Assembly (NCBI GenBank): GCA_035559015.1
Contig: DATMCA010001102.1
Location: 1 to 38,762 of the forward strand
Origin: Umezawaea sp.
GTDB lineage: Bacteria; Actinomycetota; Actinomycetes; Mycobacteriales; Pseudonocardiaceae
Direction of reading: 5' to 3'
Length of the DNA stretch: 38,762 nt
Position 1 is the first letter of the stretch. Each line of letters starts with the position of its first letter. This document shows, in pieces, positions 32,721 through 38,762 of the stretch. The notes beneath the pieces were generated by a model that saw nothing but the letters and a program-made list of their open reading frames with translations, made no database searches and was not told where the DNA came from. A program made the position numbers and the translations under genes.

Positions 32721-32737
32721 CGATTTCGTGCTCGGAC

Positions 32738-33160
32738 TTACTTGCTGGTCGGGCCCGGCTTCGCGGCCGGCTCCGACTTGGCGCCGGTCGAGCTCTTCGT
32801 CTTGTCCCGATCGGGGTCGTCGGTGAACAGGGCCTCGACCGCCGCGTCGGCCGCCTTCACCGCGTTGTCGGAAGCCCGCTCGTGCTCGGACTGCAGAGCG
32901 GCAATCGTCGGGTCCTGGGGGGCGTCCTCGACCGACGTGCCCCCGGTACCCGACACGCCCCGGGCGACCTGGTCGACCGCCGAGACGGCCTGCTGCCGGA
33001 ACTGCTCCCGGGTCTGCTCGAGCGCCACGTCGCGGTCGCCGACCATCTCGAACCCGGGGGTCTGGTCGGGGCTGCCGTCCGCGCGCAGGCTCATCATCTG
33101 CACCCGGTCGACGTCCCCGTGCGTCGGTACCGCGGTGTTCGTTCCCTTGGCCTCAGCCAT
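32738..33160 (-). CDS. hypothetical protein downstream of the major capsid (140 aa)
   Basis: GGAGAGGA RBS; DRVQMMSLRADGSPDQT. Confidence 0.75.
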   Translation of the reverse strand: MAEAKGTNTAVPTHGDVDRVQMMSLRADGSPDQTPGFEMVGDRDVALEQTREQFRQQAVSAVDQVARGVSGTGGTSVEDAPQDPTIAALQSEHERASDNAVKAADAAVEALFTDDPDRDKTKSSTGAKSEPAAKPGPTSK

Positions 33161-33204
33161 GGTTGTCCTCTCCCTTGCTCTGAAAAGTGGTACCAGCGAA
33201 CCGA

Positions 33205-34440
33205 TCAGGAAGCCGGGCCCTGCAGGACCTTCCACGCGGAAGCGTTCTGCAGGGTGCCGTCCGCGCGCTCGAACGCCAGGAAGCCGACCTGCAGGAAATC
33301 GGCGTACCGCTCGTCGAGACGCATCATCTTCATGTCCTGCACGATCCGGACGACGTAGGCCTCCCGGATGCTGCCGAACCCGAGCGACTTGGAGCCGATG
33401 GCCTCGGTCGCCATGTCGTTGTTGAGGACGAACTCGTAACCCATCAGGTTGCTGGGGACGCCGGCCTGCAGGGACGGCTCCCACAGCGGCCGGTTCTGGC
33501 TGTCCAGGATCTTCCGGACCGCCTTCCGCGCGGTCTGGTGACCCATGAACTTGAGGTCGGACAGGCCACCGTAGGCGGGGTCGAGCGACTCGATCAGGTC
33601 GACCAGGGCCGCGAAGTTCACCCCACCGGTCAGCGCGAACGTGCTGGACGTGGTCGCGCCGACGGTCGCGTTGGTGACGATCCCGTCCGGCTGAGCGGTG
33701 CCGGTTCCGGTGGTGAAGTGCTGGTTGAGGATCCGGCCGATGCGCTCGCCGAGGCGCTTGGCGAGCCAGGCGTCGAACTTCGGGTTGTCCTGCATGAGCT
33801 GGTACGACACCCGGACCAGCTTGCTCGTGTACATGTAGCTGTCGAGCGAGTTGGTGCCGAGGGTCACATCCTGCTCGGTCACCGCGGTGTTCTCCGCGAG
33901 GATCGCACCCACGTTCCCGGTGTCGTCGTTCGTCGGCCACGGAATGTTCTGGCCCCCGCTGGTCTCCAGCAGTTCGGCTTCCTGGACCATCGGCCCGAAG
34001 TACTTCAACTGCTGAATGATCGCGTCACGGAACGCCGGTGGGATCGTGTACCCACCCGCCGTGGTCGTGGTGCCGGCCGCGTTCTGCGGGCTGGTGAACT
34101 TCGACGCGAGCAGCTGCCGGTCCTCACGCTCGAGGTTCGACTGCCCGTTGCGGATGAAGCTGTTGAACACCCGCTCGTAGCGGGCGTCTTCCTCGTCGGT
34201 GATGTCCTCGGCGGCAGCGACGACACCCTTCCGGTCGACGGCCGAGTTCGCGGCCGCGAGCTTCAGGAACTTCTCCGCCTGAGCGATCACCGCGTCCTCA
34301 GAGTCGTACTGAGCTTCGGCGCGGGCGTAGGCCTGCTGGTCCTCCCCGGACGGGTTCTGCCCGGTCCGCTCCATGATCTCCACCATGGCGTGCCACGCCT
34401 GCGCACGCTTGTCGATCCGGTCCTGCAGCTGGGTCGTCAT
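33205..34440 (-). CDS. major capsid protein, HK97 fold with delta domain
   Basis: Coiled-coil N-terminus, AGGYTIP, VSYQLMQD, GTGTAQPDGI, DSQNRPLW, VGFLAFERADG. Confidence 0.93.
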   Translation of the reverse strand: MTTQLQDRIDKRAQAWHAMVEIMERTGQNPSGEDQQAYARAEAQYDSEDAVIAQAEKFLKLAAANSAVDRKGVVAAAEDITDEEDARYERVFNSFIRNGQSNLEREDRQLLASKFTSPQNAAGTTTTAGGYTIPPAFRDAIIQQLKYFGPMVQEAELLETSGGQNIPWPTNDDTGNVGAILAENTAVTEQDVTLGTNSLDSYMYTSKLVRVSYQLMQDNPKFDAWLAKRLGERIGRILNQHFTTGTGTAQPDGIVTNATVGATTSSTFALTGGVNFAALVDLIESLDPAYGGLSDLKFMGHQTARKAVRKILDSQNRPLWEPSLQAGVPSNLMGYEFVLNNDMATEAIGSKSLGFGSIREAYVVRIVQDMKMMRLDERYADFLQVGFLAFERADGTLQNASAWKVLQGPAS

Positions 34441-34521
34441 AACCTGGTCTTCCCTTTCCGTTGGGCTGGTCGTGCACCGGCTATCGCCCAACAGGGTGGA
34501 CGGCCGGGGGCTTGTGGGTGG

Positions 34522-35355
34522 TCAGCCTGCCATCGTGCGGGCACGCTGCTCGTGCCGGCGGGCCCGGAACCGGGCCGCGTAGTCGGGGCCCGGCAGCGGC
34601 GCCGCTTCGGGATCGGTGGCGGCCGCGGCCGGGGTGGCCGGCCGGACGGCGGCGGCCGGCGGCGGGGCAGCCGCCCGGCCCGGGTACGTGAACATGCCCT
34701 CGAGGTCGAACGCCGCGGCGGCGGCCGCCGGTTCCGCCGGGGCCGGGGCCGACGCGACCGAATCAGCCAGACCGGCGGCCACAGCCTCATCGGCCGAGTA
34801 CCAGGTCTCGGCCAGCATGAGCGCCCGCCAGTCCGCGACGTCCCCACCCGCCTTCGCCTGGTAAATCGACGCGATGTTGTCCGACAGGGCCTTCAGCCGC
34901 TCGGACATCTTGTCCATGTCCTCCGCCGGGCCAATGCAGATGCCCCACGCGTCGTGGATCATCATCTCCGTGTTCTGACCCATGATCACCTCATCGGCCG
35001 CAGTAGCGACGAACGATGCCGCGCTCGCGGCGAGGCCATCGACGACGGCAACAACCCGGGCCGGGTGATTCCGCAGGGCGTTCGCGATCGCGATGCCCTC
35101 GAACACCTCCCCGCCGGGCGAGTTGATGTGCAACCGGATCTCGTTCGTGTTCGCCGGCAACGCGGCGAGCGCCTCGACGAACTCGCGCGCGGACACACCC
35201 CAGTAACCGCCGTACGAATCGATCGGGTCGTACAGGTACAGCTTCGTCGAGCCGGCGGTGTCGCCCTCACCGGTCATCAGTTCAGCACGGACGCCGACCT
35301 TCGTTCGGTCCGTGGGGTTCATCCGGCCGTTGAACCGGTAGCGGGTGTCACGCAT
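34522..35355 (-). CDS. ClpP-type head maturation protease
   Basis: HINSPGGEVF, DGLAASAAS, MMIHD, ETWYSADEAVAAGLAD. Confidence 0.92.
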   Translation of the reverse strand: MRDTRYRFNGRMNPTDRTKVGVRAELMTGEGDTAGSTKLYLYDPIDSYGGYWGVSAREFVEALAALPANTNEIRLHINSPGGEVFEGIAIANALRNHPARVVAVVDGLAASAASFVATAADEVIMGQNTEMMIHDAWGICIGPAEDMDKMSERLKALSDNIASIYQAKAGGDVADWRALMLAETWYSADEAVAAGLADSVASAPAPAEPAAAAAAFDLEGMFTYPGRAAAPPPAAAVRPATPAAAATDPEAAPLPGPDYAARFRARRHEQRARTMAG

Positions 35356-36670
35356 GGGCGGTGTCCTGTTCGGTGAGTTGGGACGGCAACAGGGCTGCCG
35401 GGGCTGGTACCGGATCGGCCGGCGCCGGGGCTGGTTCGACCGGGGTGGCCGGGGCGGGGTCGGCGCCGAGCTTCCCGTAATTGAGGGGAACGTAGTAGGT
35501 GTCGCCGCCTGGGACCGGGGGCTGTTCCTCGTACCGGCGGATGTCGTTCGACGACAGGCCACCGACCCCGAACATCTTCACGTAGAAATCAGCGCGGGCC
35601 GCACTGTCACCCCGCAGCAGGCCGTTCAAATTGACCTTGACGTAGATCGGGCCGGGCGACACGGTCTTGGTCATCCGCTGCTCGACCCGGTAGATGTACC
35701 CGGGCGCCAGGGTGAACGTGATCAGCCCGATGTTCTGCGACTCGATCCCCGTGCCCCAGCTGGTGGACTTCTCCGTCTGCATCAGCAGGTGCGGGGGGAT
35801 CCCGAACCAGCGGGCGATCTCCGTCACCTGAAACTCGCGCGTCTCGAGGAACTGTGCGTCGTCGTTCGGGATCGACAACTGGTTGAACTTCGCACCCGAC
35901 CCCATGACCCGGATGTCGTGTGCGGTGTCCAGACCGGACCCACCCTGCCGCCACAGTTCTTTCAGCCGGGCCGCGGTGTCCTGGTCGAGGAACTGGTCGG
36001 TCTGCAGGATGCCCGTTGCGAGCGCACCGTTCCCGAAGAACCGGGCCCCGAACTCTTCCGCCGCCAGGGCCAGGCCCAGGCCTTCCCGGGCGGCCCGGAT
36101 CGGTGACACCCCACACGTCCCGTCATACCCGAACCCGGGAATGTGGAGGATCTTCGCATCCGAGTACGGCTGGTCGGTGTTCCCATCGAGGATGTACCGC
36201 TTCTCCCCGAAATCGGTGCGAGTCACCCGCACCCGGGACGGGTTGATCCACCACAGCTCGACCAGCTGACCGAGCTGGTTGCGCAGCTTCAGCAAGTACG
36301 CGTTGCCCCACAGGCACAGCGACCCGTAGACCAGTTCCCACAGCTCGAGCGGGGTCATATCCGGGTGGGGGTTGCGCAGCAAATCAGCGGCCGACCCGGT
36401 CGTGACCCGTTCCCGGATGTCGTCCGGGCCGTCCCGGTACGCGCCCATCGGCAGACCAGCGCACGTCGACGAGATCAGATTCACAGACCGCCACACTGCG
36501 CTGATAGCCATCGCGGTCTGCGGGGTGACCAGTTTCCCGGCCGTCGCCGCGCCAGCACCTCCGACCAGGGACACCAACGATTCCGACGTCAACGGGGTCA
36601 GCGGCGACTCGACGGTCGCTGCCCGCGGCTGCCGGGCGACCTGTACCGCGCGGCGGAAGAGATCCGCCAT
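35348..36670 (-). CDS. portal protein (HK97 family)
   Basis: AVWRSV, LWGNAY, ILHI, GVSPI, DAQFLETR, IARWFGIPPHL, LLRGD. Confidence 0.95.
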   Translation of the reverse strand: MADLFRRAVQVARQPRAATVESPLTPLTSESLVSLVGGAGAATAGKLVTPQTAMAISAVWRSVNLISSTCAGLPMGAYRDGPDDIRERVTTGSAADLLRNPHPDMTPLELWELVYGSLCLWGNAYLLKLRNQLGQLVELWWINPSRVRVTRTDFGEKRYILDGNTDQPYSDAKILHIPGFGYDGTCGVSPIRAAREGLGLALAAEEFGARFFGNGALATGILQTDQFLDQDTAARLKELWRQGGSGLDTAHDIRVMGSGAKFNQLSIPNDDAQFLETREFQVTEIARWFGIPPHLLMQTEKSTSWGTGIESQNIGLITFTLAPGYIYRVEQRMTKTVSPGPIYVKVNLNGLLRGDSAARADFYVKMFGVGGLSSNDIRRYEEQPPVPGGDTYYVPLNYGKLGADPAPATPVEPAPAPADPVPAPAALLPSQLTEQDTAHA

Positions 36671-36897
36671 CAGCTACGCCCGTCGGCGGGCGCCCGGTCC
36701 GGGCCGGCCGGCATCCGCACACTGATCGTGGCCCCGGACAGAACGAACCCGAGGAAGAGAAGAACGACGCCGGCCGTACCGATCGCCCACCGGCCGCCGA
36801 ACGTACCCGCGAACAGAACCAGCAACCCCAGACCCAAGATCTGGATGGGCATAGCCACCTCGACCTGCGACGTCTCACGCTCCGTGGGTGCACTCAT
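36670..36897 (-). CDS. small two-TM protein between terminase and portal
   Basis: Two hydrophobic segments; TGATG overlap with the portal start. Confidence 0.6.
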   Translation of the reverse strand: MSAPTERETSQVEVAMPIQILGLGLLVLFAGTFGGRWAIGTAGVVLLFLGFVLSGATISVRMPAGPDRAPADGRS

Positions 36898-36926
36898 GCG
36901 CTCAAGTACACCACCCACACTGTCGA

Positions 36927-38393
36927 TCACCACAGAATGCCTCCCGTTCCCGGATACATTTTCAGGCCCGTCAACGCCATCGTCGGACCGACCGCACACG
37001 TAATGTCCGCGTCCGACTTCCGCCGGCCGGCTTTCCAGCGGTCACCGACGTTGATCTTCACCGCTGATTTCAGAGCCGCAGCGACCGCGACCTGGCCCTT
37101 GTGCCGGATCTGCTTCGTGATCGTCGCGTCGTACATGTCCGACCACGCATCCGCCATCTTCGGCGCATCGAGCTCGACCACCGGGCACCGGCCCTGCAGC
37201 CGCCGCTTCAACTCGTCGACCTTGTTATGCGCCGGGCCCTGCTGGTCGAGGACTACGCACGTCGCTTTCTTCTCCAGGGCCGCGGTCACCGCCTCATCGA
37301 TCAACCACTCCGAACCGGCCCCATGCTTCGTGACCTCGACCATCGGCAACCCGTCACCGCGGACCGCCGCATACGTCAGGGACGACCACGACCGGTCCGG
37401 GGCGATATCGACCGCGAGCGCCGGCGGCCCGGTGCGCACCGACTCGACATCCGTGCACCACAACCACTCGTCCTTCGGGAGGATCCACGCGGCGTCGTCG
37501 TACTGGTCCGACCACTGATTCCCGTACGCGCGCCGGAACCCCGGCAGCCCTTCCTCCGGGTCAGCGAGCATCTTCCGCAGCCGGTGCATGATCGTCGCCT
37601 CACGGATCGTGTGCCCGAGCGCCGGCATGAACGACCACCAGTTCTCCGGGTTCTCGATGTCGAGGTCGGGGTCACACGCCCACTCGAAATGAGCGGACCT
37701 CGACTCAGGGTCCGGGTTCTCGCACAACGCCCGACCCGCCTTCACCCTCGACCACAGGTACGGCGACTTGATCGTCGACTCACCCGCCGTCGACGGGGTC
37801 CAGAACTGCGACTGGTGGCGGGTCGACATGGCCGGCTCCCACGCCTGCTCGACCTGGTTGTTCGTCGCGCTGAACGTCTCGTCGTACGTGCCGTCGTCGA
37901 GCACGTCACCGTGACCGGCCGTCGATGTCGGCGCGATCGGCCCGAACGTCGACCCGGACCGGAACCGGATCCGCTCGTTGTTCGGCTGCCGGATCACCCG
38001 GTACCGGCCCGCCATGATCGGCGCTGCATCGAGATCCTCGACGAACTCCTTCTCCCACTTCGCCTTCGCGGCGGTCCCGGTCTGCGCCGTGTACCGCATC
38101 GTCTGCCGGCCACCGAGCAGGTGCGCGGCCTCGGCCCGCCACACCACCCGCGGCAGCGTCAACGTCGTCTTCCCCGACTGCCGGGGAACCGTCACCGTCA
38201 CATCCCGGTACCAGAGCTCGCCCGTAGCCGGATCGATCTCCAGGGCGACGTCGAGGACGTGTTGCTGCCACGGCATCGGCGGGTGGCCCAGTCGGGTCGA
38301 GATCTCCCCGACCTTGCCCCCCCACGTCGGCCACCCCTTACGCCGGCGAGTCCCCCACGCCGGGGGGCAACTGGCCAATCTTGAACGGGTCAT
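36927..38393 (-). CDS. terL: terminase large subunit (alternative start 38402)
   Basis: PMPWQ, Walker A VPRQSGKT, Walker B region YDE, STAG, nuclease AVDIAPD. Confidence 0.93.
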   Translation of the reverse strand: MTRSRLASCPPAWGTRRRKGWPTWGGKVGEISTRLGHPPMPWQQHVLDVALEIDPATGELWYRDVTVTVPRQSGKTTLTLPRVVWRAEAAHLLGGRQTMRYTAQTGTAAKAKWEKEFVEDLDAAPIMAGRYRVIRQPNNERIRFRSGSTFGPIAPTSTAGHGDVLDDGTYDETFSATNNQVEQAWEPAMSTRHQSQFWTPSTAGESTIKSPYLWSRVKAGRALCENPDPESRSAHFEWACDPDLDIENPENWWSFMPALGHTIREATIMHRLRKMLADPEEGLPGFRRAYGNQWSDQYDDAAWILPKDEWLWCTDVESVRTGPPALAVDIAPDRSWSSLTYAAVRGDGLPMVEVTKHGAGSEWLIDEAVTAALEKKATCVVLDQQGPAHNKVDELKRRLQGRCPVVELDAPKMADAWSDMYDATITKQIRHKGQVAVAAALKSAVKINVGDRWKAGRRKSDADITCAVGPTMALTGLKMYPGTGGILW

Positions 38394-38718
38394 CAGGATC
38401 ATCGGCCTCCGGGTCGGGTTCCTCAGTATCTCCGGGCGCATCCGGGACCCGAGTTGAGGCGAACATCGCACCGTCGAGAACCTCGAGTAGCTGCAGGACC
38501 ATCCGGGTAGCTGAGATCCGTTCCGGGATCCGCGGCGCCTGGTCGATGTCGACGCACAACCGTTCGACGATGGCCTGCAGCAACGGGGCGGCCGCGTGAT
38601 CCGACTGCATGTCACTCAGAGCGACCCTAGCGGCCTCGGCTACGGCACCCCCGGGGAGTTCTGGCGGTTCCTGAACCCCTTCTTCGTCACTCTCCGTACT
38701 TCCCATGTGTTCGTCCAC
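38338..38718 (-). CDS. terS: terminase small subunit
   Basis: First gene of the genome; helical core (AIVERLCVDID); overlaps the terL start. Confidence 0.65.
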   Translation of the reverse strand: MDEHMGSTESDEEGVQEPPELPGGAVAEAARVALSDMQSDHAAAPLLQAIVERLCVDIDQAPRIPERISATRMVLQLLEVLDGAMFASTRVPDAPGDTEEPDPEADDPDDPFKIGQLPPGVGDSPA

Positions 38719-38762
38719 CGAACGGCTCTTTTCTATGCGACTCTCGGTAAAAAAATGGCGAC

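Noticed and set aside
32738-33940. Open -1 frame running through the capsid C-terminus into the 140-aa gene (possible capsid frameshift fusion)
   Set aside because: No slippery heptamer at the capsid stop, the upstream peptide is R-rich shadow, and the downstream gene has its own strong RBS
33187-35376. 729-aa plus-strand ORF (and similar long antisense ORFs at 28380-29981, 26207-27652, 37101-38384 and 6645-7811)
   Set aside because: Antisense shadows of high-GC3 minus-strand genes; no motifs or RBS

Overview
A complete or nearly complete ~38.8-kb, high-GC siphovirus genome of an actinobacterial host (WhiB, actinophage-type holin and RuvC), read mostly on the minus strand. From right to left it carries: TerS/TerL, an HK97-type portal, a ClpP-type protease and major capsid; an unusual block of five genes, most of them fibre- or depolymerase-like, between capsid and adaptor; tail genes; and the lysis cassette, ending at a strong terminator at 18.4 kb. 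A short plus-strand operon (15.7-18.4 kb) starts at a divergent promoter pair opposite a Cro-like gene. The long leftward early operon holds a tRNA-like RNA, a WXG100-like gene pair, WhiB, RecE-like exonuclease, HNH endonucleases, RuvC, a clamp-like protein, a C5 DNA methyltransferase, a replication initiator with iterons and a terminal packaging HNH. I found no integrase, ParAB or clear CI repressor. The strongest oddities are (i) a second gene nested in the +1 frame of the methyltransferase with five LPTP target-recognition-like repeats, (ii) a tRNA-shaped RNA with a scrambled anticodon arm directly upstream of an Esx-like pair, (iii) an iteron origin next to a phased DnaA-box cluster, and (iv) the head/neck fibre module. 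All calls come from motif reading and synteny; no database searches were run.
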